A stretch of DNA of 64,000 bases. It comes from Actinomycetota bacterium. GTDB taxonomy: Bacteria; Actinomycetota; Acidimicrobiia; Spongiisociales; UBA5794. The stretch is from NCBI GenBank assembly GCA_030123765.1, contig JASJXX010000003.1, positions 10,795 through 74,794 on the forward strand. Reading direction: 5' to 3'. The notes beneath the pieces were generated by a model that worked only from the letters and a program-made list of their open reading frames with translations, made no database searches and was not told where the DNA came from. Both the position numbers and the translations under genes were made by a program. Below are positions 1 to 9,214 of the stretch, in pieces; within the stretch, counting starts at the first letter, position 1; each line of letters starts with the position of its first letter.

Positions 1-360
1 AAGGCGCTCCCGTGCCTCTGCCCCAATCGCGGCGACCCCATCGGCCCCCGCCAAGCTGAGCATCACGTCTGGGTCCGCGACTCGAACCGCAACCGCGTCC
101 CCCTCCTCGCGCAAGACCACGTTGCACGGCAACAACGCACCGATCTCGTCATCAGCTGCGATGGCTCGATAGGCAAGATTCGGGTTGCAGGCACCAAGGA
201 TGACATAGCCATCTCTCTCTACGTCCAATTTCGCCTTGAACGTTGCCTGCACGTCGATGCGCGTGAGCACGCCGAAACCCTCCCCTGCTAACGCTGCAGT
301 GACCTTCTCTTCGACGGCTTCCATCGTGCCGACCACGACAGTTCCGAAAGTGTATTCCAT
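1..360 (-). CDS. DUF302-domain protein (3' end runs off the window)
   Basis: Not in the ORF track. Manual translation from ATG 360: MEYTFGTVV...EGFGVLTRIDVQATFKAKLDVERDGYVILGACNPNLAYRAI...IGALLPCNVVLRE, with the typical DUF302 GACNP and LLPC motifs. Purine-rich RBS upstream. Confidence 0.85.
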   Translation of the reverse strand, partial: MEYTFGTVVVGTMEAVEEKVTAALAGEGFGVLTRIDVQATFKAKLDVERDGYVILGACNPNLAYRAIAADDEIGALLPCNVVLREEGDAVAVRVADPDVMLSLAGADGVAAIGAEARERL

Positions 361-399
361 GCTGCTTCCTCACTCTTCGCTCACGTACCTCCCAGGGTA

Positions 400-756
400 T
401 CAGCCGAAGAAGCACGACACGCCCTTGATCGTGGCGAGCGTGCCTATGGCTGTGCCTTTGCCATCGCCGCCTCCTCCGTAGATGAGCACGAGCAAATGGT
501 CCCTTACGGTGGTGACGACCGCTTCCCCGACGAGGCGTTGGAAGTAGGAGCATACTTCTGGGTCTGGGAGCCATTCCGTGAGCGCCCTCTCCCATCGTGG
601 AGCGGCTGCGCCCGGTTCGTAGGTGACGGGGGCTTGCATCATCATGAGCTTCTTGGCATCAGGTTCGTGAAAGGTGCCTGATCGAAGGTCGATCCAGCCG
701 TTCTCCACGCCCAATGCCCAGGGGTCTGCGTCGAGAAGTTCGTGATCGAGCAGCAC
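400..756 (-). pseudogene. Fragment of a P4/D5-family phage/plasmid primase-helicase (D5_N region plus start of the P-loop)
   Basis: LDADPWALGVENGWIDLRSGTF...APRWERAL...LIYGGGGDGKGT. The ORF stops just after Walker A, and there is an in-frame TAG just upstream of the start. Confidence 0.75.
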
Positions 757-860
757 GGTCGCAAGAAGCGGCGTCTAGGCCATCGAAACAAAGCCCGATC
801 CTCGATGTCATGCGGACACCCCACCGACCACAGCGTCTCAGTGATCTTCCAGAAACGTCG

Positions 861-885
861 GAAACCCTTGCACTGCAGGGGTTTC
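861..885. terminator. Stem-loop downstream of the tRNA-Val 3' end
   Basis: GAAACCC-TTGCACTGCAG-GGGTTTC inverted repeat. Confidence 0.55.
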
Positions 886-891
886 CTCTTG

Positions 892-963
892 TGGGCGCTA
901 CTGGATTTGAACCAGTGACCCCTGCCGTGTCGAGGCAGTGCTCTGCCGCTGAGCTAAGCGCCC
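892..963 (-). tRNA. tRNA-Val(GAC)
   Basis: Reverse complement GGGCGCTTAGCTCAGCGGCAGAGCA-CTGCC-TCGACAC-GGCAG-GGGTCACTGGTTCAAATCCAGTAGCGCCCA; cloverleaf, CCA not encoded. Confidence 0.95.
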
Positions 964-985
964 GTATGGATACATGGTAATGCAG

Positions 986-1056
986 AGGCGACGCCGGGAA
1001 TCGAACCCGGGTTCAGGGTTTTGCAGACCCTTGCCTAGCCACTCGGCCACGTCGCC
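986..1056 (-). tRNA. tRNA-Cys(GCA)
   Basis: Reverse complement GGCGACGTGGCCGAGTGGCTAGGC-AAGGGT-CTGCAAA-ACCCT...GGTTCGATTCCCGGCGTCGCCT. Confidence 0.95.
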
Positions 1057-1093
1057 GATACTGAAGGGCGGCCGAGTGACCGCCCTCGCTTCG

Positions 1094-1166
1094 AGCGGAC
1101 GACCGGGATCGAACCGGCGACCTCAACCTTGGCAAGGTTGCGCTCTACCAGCTGAGCTACGTCCGC
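1094..1166 (-). tRNA. tRNA-Gly(GCC)
   Basis: Reverse complement GCGGACGTAGCTCAGCTGGTAGAGCG-CAACC-TTGCCAA-GGTTG-AGGTCGCCGGTTCGATCCCGGTCGTCCGCT. A Gly-Cys-Val cluster is typical of Actinobacteria. Confidence 0.95.
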
Positions 1167-1197
1167 GACACGGCAAGGCTACCACGAGGCATTTCCT

Positions 1198-1635
1198 TCA
1201 ATCAGCCTTAACGCCAGTAGATCCGAAGCCTCCCGTGCCCCTCGAAGTCTCCTCGAGGCTCTCCGCTTGTACGTAGACGGGAGCTTCGACTGCCATCACA
1301 ACAAGCTGTGCGATACGGTCGCCGACCTCAATTACGAAGGGGTCCTCTCCGTGGTTGATGAGGGCGACCTTGACCTCACCGCGATATCCGGCGTCGATGA
1401 GGCCAGGAGCGTTGAGCACGGTCACACCCGTCCTGACCGCGAGGCCGCTTCTCGGCAGCACGAACCCGCCATATCCCTCCGGTATCGCGATCGCTACACC
1501 TGTGGCTATCAACGCACGTGCCCCTGGTGCAATCGTGACGGCTTCACACGATACAAGGTCTGCCCCGGCGTCGCCGGGTTGCGCGAATCTTGGGAGTCGA
1601 TGCGCTGGATTCGAGCGGAGGACAGGTATCTTCAC
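1198..1635 (-). CDS. dut: dUTP diphosphatase
   Basis: Motifs AGADL, PRSGL, GLIDAGYRGE, RIAQL, RGTGGFGSTG. Start taken as GTG 1635. Confidence 0.95.
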   Translation of the reverse strand: MKIPVLRSNPAHRLPRFAQPGDAGADLVSCEAVTIAPGARALIATGVAIAIPEGYGGFVLPRSGLAVRTGVTVLNAPGLIDAGYRGEVKVALINHGEDPFVIEVGDRIAQLVVMAVEAPVYVQAESLEETSRGTGGFGSTGVKAD

Positions 1636-1664
1636 GGAGTAGCTCTCCGGCGGAAGCGAAATCG

Positions 1665-2828
1665 ATGACCAAGCGCAAGCAACATAGGGACTCCGGAAAC
1701 GACGGTAGCTGGTTCCTCGAGATTGTAGGCGCCCTCCCACCGGCACCTACGCCAAGCGAGACGATCGCGGCACTCGAGACGGACAACACCCTCCCTGAGA
1801 TAGCCCCTACTCTCGCCCCCGGGACCGAGAACCCCCCGACGGTGACACTTACACCCTTTGACGGAAGCACGGGCACCTCGACATCCACCTATGAACCGGC
1901 ACTTCACGTTCACGTCGAAGCGCAGGACGACACCGGCGAGATGGAGATACCCGCGGTTCCATCTGTATTCGGACCGTTCGACGACACTCAGCTCTCCCCC
2001 GTCCTCGATATGACGCGAAGGTTCAGATGGTCAACCGTGGCGTTCGGAGTATTCGTGCTCGCGATGGTCGTGCTCGCCGTCGTCTGGGTCCCAACGACTC
2101 TGAACCGCGATGCTCTCGGAATCCGCCAAGCGTATGCCGAGACAGCACTGGCTCTCCGTCAGTATCTACCTACCTCCCAGTCGGCACTCGACGCGATCAC
2201 CACTCGTTCCAGCGTTCCCGACGAGCTCGCCGCCACGATACCGATGATCTCTCAACTCGATCGCCGCAGCAACGACCTCGAGCTCGCCGCGCTCACGGCT
2301 CTCCCGCGCCAACTTCGATTTCTGACCAACGACGCCGCCGACACCCTCGGGCCGCTTCAGGACACCGCCCGTATCATCGCGGCACAGGGGTCAGACGTAG
2401 CCCGCCAGCTCGCGAATGCCTACGCGTACCGCACCGCCGTCCCCGCGCTCCTCGCGTCTGAAGATCTCCCCACGGCCGCAGACGCCCAGACGATCAGTGC
2501 GTTAACCGTCCTCCTCGCCTCATCCCTCGTCGATGACTCAAGCGCACTCACCGATCTTCCCGATGTCGACGTGTTCGCCGTTCTCAACGAAGCGGTCCGC
2601 ACCGCCGTCGAGAGGTACGCGGTCTGGCAGGACGAGTATCTGACAGCCCTTTCACAAGAGGATGAGACGACAGCGACCGCGCTCCTCGCTGAGCGAGAAG
2701 ATATGCGCGCTGCACTCGGCAAGGCTCTCGACGCCTCTCTCAGCGCGCTTCGGATCGAACTCGATCAGCAGATTGTCGACCTTGCCTCAGATCTGGACGT
2801 GTTCCTCGCGGAGCTCACTCAGATCTAG
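1665..2828 (+). CDS. Hypothetical single-pass membrane protein
   Basis: Acidic Pro/Thr-rich N-terminus, TM helix (VAFGVFVLAMVVLAVVWVP), long Ala/Leu helical C-domain, GC3-biased codons. Confidence 0.7.
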   Translation: MTKRKQHRDSGNDGSWFLEIVGALPPAPTPSETIAALETDNTLPEIAPTLAPGTENPPTVTLTPFDGSTGTSTSTYEPALHVHVEAQDDTGEMEIPAVPSVFGPFDDTQLSPVLDMTRRFRWSTVAFGVFVLAMVVLAVVWVPTTLNRDALGIRQAYAETALALRQYLPTSQSALDAITTRSSVPDELAATIPMISQLDRRSNDLELAALTALPRQLRFLTNDAADTLGPLQDTARIIAAQGSDVARQLANAYAYRTAVPALLASEDLPTAADAQTISALTVLLASSLVDDSSALTDLPDVDVFAVLNEAVRTAVERYAVWQDEYLTALSQEDETTATALLAEREDMRAALGKALDASLSALRIELDQQIVDLASDLDVFLAELTQI

Positions 2829-3273
2829 AGACATCGCCTTCGAGGGACGCGACTTCTCTCTCGAAGTCACTCGCTCTCTGAAACTCCTTGTACACCGATG
2901 CGAATCGGAGATAACCGACCTCATCGATATCCCTGAGGCCGTCAAGGACGATCCTGCCGATCTCCTCGGCGTGGATAGAGCCCTGGGATGTGTACGCAGC
3001 CCGCTCAACCGTGGCCACAAGATCGTCGATCGCGTCATGTGCCACGGGACGATCAGCCATCGTGATCTCTACTCCCCGCCGTACCTTGGATGCGTCGAAG
3101 GCCTGTCGGCGACCGTCACGCTTGATGACGACGACCGCTGCGGGCCTTTCGAATGTGGTGAATCGGTGCCCGCAAGGCAGACAAGACCGGCGACGGCGAA
3201 TCGTACGACCCTCATCAGCAGGTCGTGAATCGATGACCCGTGTGTCATCTGTGGTACAGAGCGGACAGCGCAT
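2815..3273 (-). CDS. nrdR: Transcriptional repressor NrdR
   Basis: MRCPLC...VIDSR...IRRRRSCLPCGHRFTTFE, ATP cone, YLRFASVY. Confidence 0.95.
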   Translation of the reverse strand: MRCPLCTTDDTRVIDSRPADEGRTIRRRRSCLPCGHRFTTFERPAAVVVIKRDGRRQAFDASKVRRGVEITMADRPVAHDAIDDLVATVERAAYTSQGSIHAEEIGRIVLDGLRDIDEVGYLRFASVYKEFQRASDFEREVASLEGDVSRSE

Positions 3274-3327
3274 GGCAACATCGTAGACACGCGAGCGCAT
3301 TGAGAGGTAAGGACCGTTTCGCTGCGC

Positions 3328-3615
3328 TCAGGAAGAGAGCACCGGGATCTCGATGATCTGTCCCGCCTGAAGCTGACCGCCACGAATAGCGTTGAGTCGC
3401 TCAATGACGGTGACGGTCCGCCTGATGTCGCCATCCATCGGACCGTGCTCCCTCGCGATCTCCCACAGGGTATCGCCAGGCATGACGCGGTACTCCACCG
3501 TGTCAGGACTCTGGTCAGTCGCCTGGACGGCAGAGGAGAGGAAGAGCATCACCGCGACGACCATGACGGAGATGATGGAGAGCGCCCGAGATCGTGCGCT
3601 TGTGATCGGTGCCAT
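3328..3615 (-). CDS. LysM-domain membrane protein (YneA/ChiZ/DivS-like SOS cell-division inhibitor candidate)
   Basis: N-terminal TM helix plus LysM (YRVMPGDTLWEIA...IERLN...LQAGQIIEIP). Divergent from lexA and upstream of nrdR, the conserved actinobacterial arrangement. Confidence 0.85.
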   Translation of the reverse strand: MAPITSARSRALSIISVMVVAVMLFLSSAVQATDQSPDTVEYRVMPGDTLWEIAREHGPMDGDIRRTVTVIERLNAIRGGQLQAGQIIEIPVLSS

Positions 3616-3821
3616 GTGTCTGTCTCCCTCTTTCTCTGCTACCCAGTTCGGGAACCTTCCGTCTCCGGCCGGCCCGTCTCGGATCCTGCTTCTTGCGGGC
3701 ATCCCCGCAAGAAGCTGAGCTCCTGCGACCCACCGTATCGGCCAGGTGTGACACGTTCCGGTGCCTCTGGACACTGCACCGGTCGCTCGTGGGTCTCTTG
3801 GGGGATGACCCTCACACGTGA

Positions 3822-3946
3822 TCGAACGTCTGTTCGGTCGCTACATCAATCTATCGAACATGTGTTCGCTTGTCAAGCATGTATGCCTGAGGCACAAACC
3901 AACGGGGAGATGCGAGACGCGCGGCCTCCATCGAACGTATGTTTGG
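3822..3946. promoter_or_regulatory. Three LexA (SOS) boxes between the LysM gene and lexA
   Basis: TCGAACgtctGTTCGG 3822-3837, TCGAACatgtGTTCGC 3854-3869, TCGAACgtatGTTTGG 3931-3946. Confidence 0.85.
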
Positions 3947-3991
3947 TCTCGAGCGCGAAAGCCATTAGGCTCTGTGCAACGAGGAGGAATC

Positions 3992-4624
3992 GTGCCAGAC
4001 CGATCAGACCTTACCCATCGCCAACGCGAGATTCTCGAGCTCATCAGTTCCACGGTTGCCCAGCGTGGCTATCCACCATCGGTGCGCGAGATCGGTGAGG
4101 TCGTTGGACTCAGCTCTCCTTCGACCGTCCACTCGCACCTCTCGACGCTCGCCGCCGGGGGCTTCATCCGCAGGGACCCGTCAAAGCCGCGCGCGATCGA
4201 GGTCATCGCGGACGATGGTGCGACCCGGATCGACCGCGCCGCAGTGCGTGATGTCCCGCTCGTCGGGGCCGTCGCGGCGGGTTCGCCGATTCTTGCAGAG
4301 GAGGACATTGAGGAGGTCTACCCGCTCCCGATCGAGCTTGTTGGTCAGGAACCGGTCTTCATGTTGAAGATCCGCGGAGACTCGATGGTCAACGCCGGCA
4401 TCCTGGACCGGGACTACGTCGTCGTCCAGAGACAGCAGACAGCCCGTAACGGCCAGATCGTTGCTGCACTCCTCGACGGTGAAGAAGCCACCATCAAGAC
4501 CTTTCAGCGGACAGCGACCGGCGTCACCCTGCATCCAGCGAACGAGGAGTACGAGCCGATGGAGTTCACCGGGGGCCTTGAGATCCTCGGAATCGTCGTC
4601 GCGGTGCTCCGCCGTATCGACTGA
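3992..4624 (+). CDS. lexA: LexA repressor
   Basis: GYPPSVREIG HTH, VAAG cleavage site, GDSM Ser, ATIK Lys; RBS GAGGAGG before GTG. Confidence 0.96.
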   Translation: MPDRSDLTHRQREILELISSTVAQRGYPPSVREIGEVVGLSSPSTVHSHLSTLAAGGFIRRDPSKPRAIEVIADDGATRIDRAAVRDVPLVGAVAAGSPILAEEDIEEVYPLPIELVGQEPVFMLKIRGDSMVNAGILDRDYVVVQRQQTARNGQIVAALLDGEEATIKTFQRTATGVTLHPANEEYEPMEFTGGLEILGIVVAVLRRID

Positions 4625-5380
4625 TCAATCGACGTTCCCTGAGAACACATACTCGGCCGGGCCATCCATCCATGCGCCTTCGTCGTCGAACCACACGGTG
4701 AGAACGCCGCCGTGCAGATGCACTTCGACGGGGGACGAGACTCCGCGCTCAGTGTGAGCAATGTACGCCGCAGCGGTGGAGCCGGTGCCCGACGCCAGGG
4801 TCTCCCCCACTCCACGCTCCCAGACGCGGACACGAACTCCACCCTCCTCGAGTACTTCGACGAACTCAACATTCGTGCGGTTGGGGAAGAGCGGGTCGCT
4901 CTCGATCAACGGTCCGATTTCGCCGACGGGAACCGATTCGACGTCGTCAACGAACATGACCGCGTGCGGATTTCCGATTGCGAACGGATGCACCTCGTGT
5001 TTCCCGATGGTCAGCGTCCCCGTGCGGAAGGGCACGGGCTTCCCCACGAACGCGATCACTCCTTCGCTCTTGACCTTTACCGGATGTTTCCCCGCAGCGG
5101 TCTCGACCGTAAATTCCCTTGCATCGACCCAACCTCGGTCGAAAGCAAGACGCGCGACACAACGCAGACCGTTGCCGCACATCTCAGCCTCTCCCCCATC
5201 AGCATTCCAATATCGCATCGCTACACGTGATGGGGAGAGCGCGGTTACAACGAGAACACCGTCCGCACCGACGCCTCTACGACGCTCGCACCAACGCACC
5301 ACGTCGCCGCCCTCGGGCAGATAGGGTCCCGTGATGACGATGAAATCGTTCCCGAGGCCTTGCATCTTCACGAATTCCAT
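4625..5380 (-). CDS. dapF: Diaminopimelate epimerase
   Basis: KMQGLGNDF, EMCGNG, GNPH, NVEF, ERGVGETLASGTG (second catalytic Cys position is Ser). Confidence 0.92.
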   Translation of the reverse strand: MEFVKMQGLGNDFIVITGPYLPEGGDVVRWCERRRGVGADGVLVVTALSPSRVAMRYWNADGGEAEMCGNGLRCVARLAFDRGWVDAREFTVETAAGKHPVKVKSEGVIAFVGKPVPFRTGTLTIGKHEVHPFAIGNPHAVMFVDDVESVPVGEIGPLIESDPLFPNRTNVEFVEVLEEGGVRVRVWERGVGETLASGTGSTAAAYIAHTERGVSSPVEVHLHGGVLTVWFDDEGAWMDGPAEYVFSGNVD

Positions 5381-6288
5381 CCTGCAACCTCCCCGACTCG
5401 ACTGACGGCCATCTCGATTCTCTGTACCTCATCATCCTGCCACGCTTGCCACTCGATGCGGGGATCCCGTCGAAAGAAAGTCCGCTGACGCTTCACGAGT
5501 GCGCGCGTGGCCCGGATGACCTCCTCTCGCGCCTCCTCCATAGTCACATCCCCCGATACCACGCCGAGGAGCTCCTTATAGCCGAGCGCCTGAGCTGCGG
5601 TTCTTCCGAGCAGTGGAGCGACTGTCGCTACCTCGTTGAGGAGTCCGGCATCGAGCATCCCCTGGAATCGGGAGGCAATCCGCTCTGCCATGAGGTCATG
5701 TGCGTCCCACCCCAACGAGACGTGCTTGATCAGGGGCTCATATCTGCGTACAGCATCTGACTCGCTGCTTCTCGCTCGCTCGCTCGGGGTCTTCTCTGTG
5801 ATCCGCCACACTTCGATCGCACGGATCACCCTGCGCCGATTGCACATGTCGAGTACGGACGGCGCCTGATCGTCTATCGAGAGGAGTTCTTGCTGCAGCT
5901 CGTCCAGCGGAGTCGACTCGAGCCCTTCTCGGATCTCCGCGTCAGTCGGAGCGAACGTCATCGGGTCAACGAGCGAACGGAAATGCAGTCCTGAGCCACC
6001 GACGATGATGATCCGTTCCCGCCCCTGCACTGCAGAGTCCATCGCCGCCCTCCCCTGACGCTGAAATTCGGCGACGCTGAATTCGCTCGCCGGCTCAGCT
6101 ACGTCAATCATGTGATGGGCGATGCGCTCCCTGACCGATTGCGGGGCTTTCGCTGTTCCAATGTCCATTCCGCGATATACCTGCATCGAATCAACCGACA
6201 GAATCGACGCGCCGAAGATCGCAGCTGCGACTTCGGCGAGAGCCGACTTGCCCGACGCCGTCGGGCCGAGGATCGCTACTACGTTCAG
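5368..6288 (-). CDS. miaA: tRNA dimethylallyltransferase
   Basis: GPTASGKS, DSMQVYRGMDIGTAK, VGGSGL, KRQRTF. Probable CTG start overlapping the miaB stop. Confidence 0.92.
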   Translation of the reverse strand: MNVVAILGPTASGKSALAEVAAAIFGASILSVDSMQVYRGMDIGTAKAPQSVRERIAHHMIDVAEPASEFSVAEFQRQGRAAMDSAVQGRERIIIVGGSGLHFRSLVDPMTFAPTDAEIREGLESTPLDELQQELLSIDDQAPSVLDMCNRRRVIRAIEVWRITEKTPSERARSSESDAVRRYEPLIKHVSLGWDAHDLMAERIASRFQGMLDAGLLNEVATVAPLLGRTAAQALGYKELLGVVSGDVTMEEAREEVIRATRALVKRQRTFFRRDPRIEWQAWQDDEVQRIEMAVSRVGEVAGWNS

Positions 6289-7673
6289 GAGACCGGAGTT
6301 CCTTCCAGGTAGTGCGGGGCGGCGCGGGTGATTGCCACCTCGAACGTCGCACCCGGCTGCCACATCCCGGCTACATGCACGATTCGATTACTGCGAGTTC
6401 GCGTCGTTGCGAAATGCGGATCACGCTTCGACGGTCCCTCGGCCATGACCTCCGCGGTCCTTCCTACCTGTTGCTTGTTGCGCCGATATGTGATCGCGTT
6501 CTGGAGTTCGACCAGGCGGCCGAAGCGTTCCTTCATGACGTCGGGGCTGATTCGATCACCTAGCTCTGCCGCCGGGGTGCCCGGGCGCGGTGAGAACTGG
6601 AACATGAACGCGGTGTCGAACTGCGCCCGCTCGATCACGTCGAGCGTCTGGCGGAAGTCTGATTCGCTCTCCCCGGGGAATCCGACGATCACATCGGTTG
6701 AGGCGGCAAGGTCAGGCACGATCGATCGCATCATCTCCAGCTTTGCAAGGAACCGGTCCGCTGTGTAACCACGGTGCATCGCCGCAAGGATGCGGTCGGA
6801 ACCGGATTGGAGCGGGAAGTGGATCTGTTCGCAGACCGCTGCGGTCTCTGCCATTGCGTGAGCAACATCTTCCTTGAAGTCCTTCGGATGCGGACTGGTG
6901 TAACGAATTCGTTCGATGCCATCGATCTCGCCCGCTCTGCGGAGAAGGTCGGCGAAGAGCGGCTTGTGTCCGTTGAGATCGAGATCGCGTCCATATGAGT
7001 TCACGTTCTGGCCCAGGAGAGTGATCTCCTTGACACCCTGTGCCGAGAGGGATTCGATCTCGCGGATGATGTCGCCAGGTCTGCGTGAGATCTCGGGGCC
7101 ACGGACGATCGGGACGATGCAGAAAGTGCACGAGTTGTTGCACCCGACGGTGATCGTGACCCACGCGGAGTAGTCTGATTCGCGGTGTGCGGCGATTCCG
7201 CTCGGCAGATCGGAGTCGGACTTGGTCTCGTCCCAGATCTCGGTGATGGGCCCCCACTCCGCGGCATGGTCAAGAAGCTCAACCACTCGCTCCAGGTTGT
7301 GAGTTCCGAAGACAACGTCAACCCACCCGGCGCGCTCCTGGATCAGGTCTCGCTCCTTCTGTGCCGAGCAGCCCCCCACGGCGATCATCAGATCAGGGTT
7401 CTTCAGCTTCTCTCTCCTGAGGGAACCGAGATAGCCGTAGAGCTTGGCGTCGGCGTTCTCTCGGATCGTGCACGTGTTGAGAACGATCAGATCGGCATCA
7501 TCCGCGCTCTGCGTCGCGATCATCCCGTCGGCCTCGAGGAGGCCGGCAATTCGCTCTGAGTCGTGCACATTCATCTGGCACCCGAAGGTGCGAATAAAGT
7601 ACCTCTGCCCGACTCGCGTACGTGCCCGCACTTCCTTGATGCCCGGCATTCCAAGCTTCGTGGCCTGGGACAT
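6285..7673 (-). CDS. miaB: tRNA methylthiotransferase MiaB
   Basis: TFGCQMNVHDSE, CNNSCTFC radical-SAM motif, C-terminal TRAM domain. Confidence 0.95.
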   Translation of the reverse strand: MSQATKLGMPGIKEVRARTRVGQRYFIRTFGCQMNVHDSERIAGLLEADGMIATQSADDADLIVLNTCTIRENADAKLYGYLGSLRREKLKNPDLMIAVGGCSAQKERDLIQERAGWVDVVFGTHNLERVVELLDHAAEWGPITEIWDETKSDSDLPSGIAAHRESDYSAWVTITVGCNNSCTFCIVPIVRGPEISRRPGDIIREIESLSAQGVKEITLLGQNVNSYGRDLDLNGHKPLFADLLRRAGEIDGIERIRYTSPHPKDFKEDVAHAMAETAAVCEQIHFPLQSGSDRILAAMHRGYTADRFLAKLEMMRSIVPDLAASTDVIVGFPGESESDFRQTLDVIERAQFDTAFMFQFSPRPGTPAAELGDRISPDVMKERFGRLVELQNAITYRRNKQQVGRTAEVMAEGPSKRDPHFATTRTRSNRIVHVAGMWQPGATFEVAITRAAPHYLEGTPVS

Positions 7674-7687
7674 GGTTCTCCACCCGT

Positions 7688-9214
7688 CTAGCGGGCGTAG
7701 TCCTTCGCCCGGTACTCACGGATCACCGTGACCTCTATCTGACCGGGGTACTGTAAGTCATCCTCAAGCTTTTTCGCTATGGAGCGGGCAAGGGTTGTCG
7801 ACGCCATGTCATCAAGAGTCCCGGGGTCAACGATGACCCGTACTTCACGACCTGCCTGGATAGCGAACGCCGTGTCAACACCATCGAAACTCATCGCGAT
7901 GGTCTCGAGCCGCTCAAGCCTGCGAACGTAGGAGTCGAGTGCATCGCGCCTGGCCCCCGGTCGTGCTGCGGACACTGCGTCTGCAGCCTGTACGAGCACG
8001 GCTGTCAGAGTGCGCGGTTCCACTTCGTTGTGATGCGCCTCGATCGCGTGCACGACTCCAGCCTCTTCGCCGAATCGTCTTGCTATCTCGGCACCGATGA
8101 GGGCGTGGGAACCACCCACCTCGTGACTCACCGCCTTGCCAATGTCGTGGAGGAATGCCGCTCGCTTCGCTTCCTTCGCGTCGACCCCTAGCTCCGCGGC
8201 GAGCATGCCAGCGATGTGGGCCGACTCGACGAGATGGTTTAGTACGTTCTGCCCGTAACTCGTTCGGAATTTGAGACGTCCCAGCAACGTGACGAGCTCA
8301 GGATGAATCCGCGTGAGGCCGACGTCAAGCATCGCCCACTCGCCTGCGTCCCTGATGGACTGTTCCACCTCGTCGCGGGCTTTCTCGAACGCCTCCTCGA
8401 TAGAGCTTGGATGAATCCTTCCGTCCCCGACGAGGCTCTCGAGGGCGAGACGCGCCACCTCGCGGCGAACCGGGTCGAACGTCGAGATCGTGACCGACTC
8501 GGGGGTGTCGTCAACGATCAGGTCAACACCCCCGATCGCTTCGAACGTCCGAATGTTGCGACCATCTCTGCCGATGATCCGGCCTTTCATGTCGTCCGAG
8601 GGGAGGACGACCGTGGAAGTCGTCGTCTCGGCAACTACCTCTGAGGCGAGGCGTTGGATTACACCGGCGAGGATGCGACGTGCCCTGCGAGAGGCTTCCT
8701 CCCGGGCTCGCGTCTCAACGTCGCGTACGAGCACCATCGCGTCGCGTCTCACCTCGTCCTCGACCTTCTCGAGGAGTTCAGCCTTTGCCTCTCTCGAGTC
8801 GAACCCTGCGAGTGCCTCAAGCTCCAGCCGCACTTCTTCCTGGGCGTTCGCGGCTTCATCCGACACGACCTTGGCAACGCGTTCCTTCTCGATGAGAAGA
8901 TCCTCGCGCTGGGCAAGATTCGCGGCGCGCTGCTCGAGCGTCGCGGCGCGCTGCTCGAGCGTCGCGTCCCGTGAGTCGACTTCGAGCCGACGATGCTCAA
9001 GGGTCGCGTCTTCACGCTCGCGGTAGGTGTCGGCGCTGGACCTCGCGTCCTCTTCGGCCCGTACGAGAATTCGCTGCGCATCCATGCGCGCGTCCGCGAT
9101 GATCTCGGCAGGCGATGGAGGTATCTTGACGAACTTCCGCCCGATCAGCATGCCCCCTACAAAGATGCCTGCCACGACCAGCCCGGGGACTATCAGATTC
9201 AGCATCTGCTCCAT
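7688..9214 (-). CDS. rny: Ribonuclease Y
   Basis: N-terminal TM, coiled coil, KH (MKGRIIGRDGRNIR), HD (LHDIGK), ADAVSAARPGAR. Confidence 0.95.
   Translation of the reverse strand: MEQMLNLIVPGLVVAGIFVGGMLIGRKFVKIPPSPAEIIADARMDAQRILVRAEEDARSSADTYREREDATLEHRRLEVDSRDATLEQRAATLEQRAANLAQREDLLIEKERVAKVVSDEAANAQEEVRLELEALAGFDSREAKAELLEKVEDEVRRDAMVLVRDVETRAREEASRRARRILAGVIQRLASEVVAETTTSTVVLPSDDMKGRIIGRDGRNIRTFEAIGGVDLIVDDTPESVTISTFDPVRREVARLALESLVGDGRIHPSSIEEAFEKARDEVEQSIRDAGEWAMLDVGLTRIHPELVTLLGRLKFRTSYGQNVLNHLVESAHIAGMLAAELGVDAKEAKRAAFLHDIGKAVSHEVGGSHALIGAEIARRFGEEAGVVHAIEAHHNEVEPRTLTAVLVQAADAVSAARPGARRDALDSYVRRLERLETIAMSFDGVDTAFAIQAGREVRVIVDPGTLDDMASTTLARSIAKKLEDDLQYPGQIEVTVIREYRAKDYAR
8921..8966. 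repeat. Exact 21-bp tandem duplication in the rny coiled coil (ATLEQRA x2)
   Basis: CGCGGCGCGCTGCTCGAGCGT at 8921-8941 and again at 8942-8962. Confidence 0.85.

Noticed and set aside
714-1276. ORFs 714-980 and 974-1276
   Set aside because: They are antisense translations of the three tRNA genes.
3616-3800. c-di-AMP (ydaO) riboswitch upstream of the LysM gene
   Set aside because: Only CCCGAAC resembles the consensus; the GCTGAATCC, GGGGAACC and GTCAGCTAA blocks are absent.
4778-4810. DapF second catalytic Cys replaced by Ser (TLASGTG) as a sign of a pseudogene
   Set aside because: The ORF is intact and the first Cys (MCGNG) is present. From recall, Cys/Ser DapF variants occur, so this is not evidence of inactivation.
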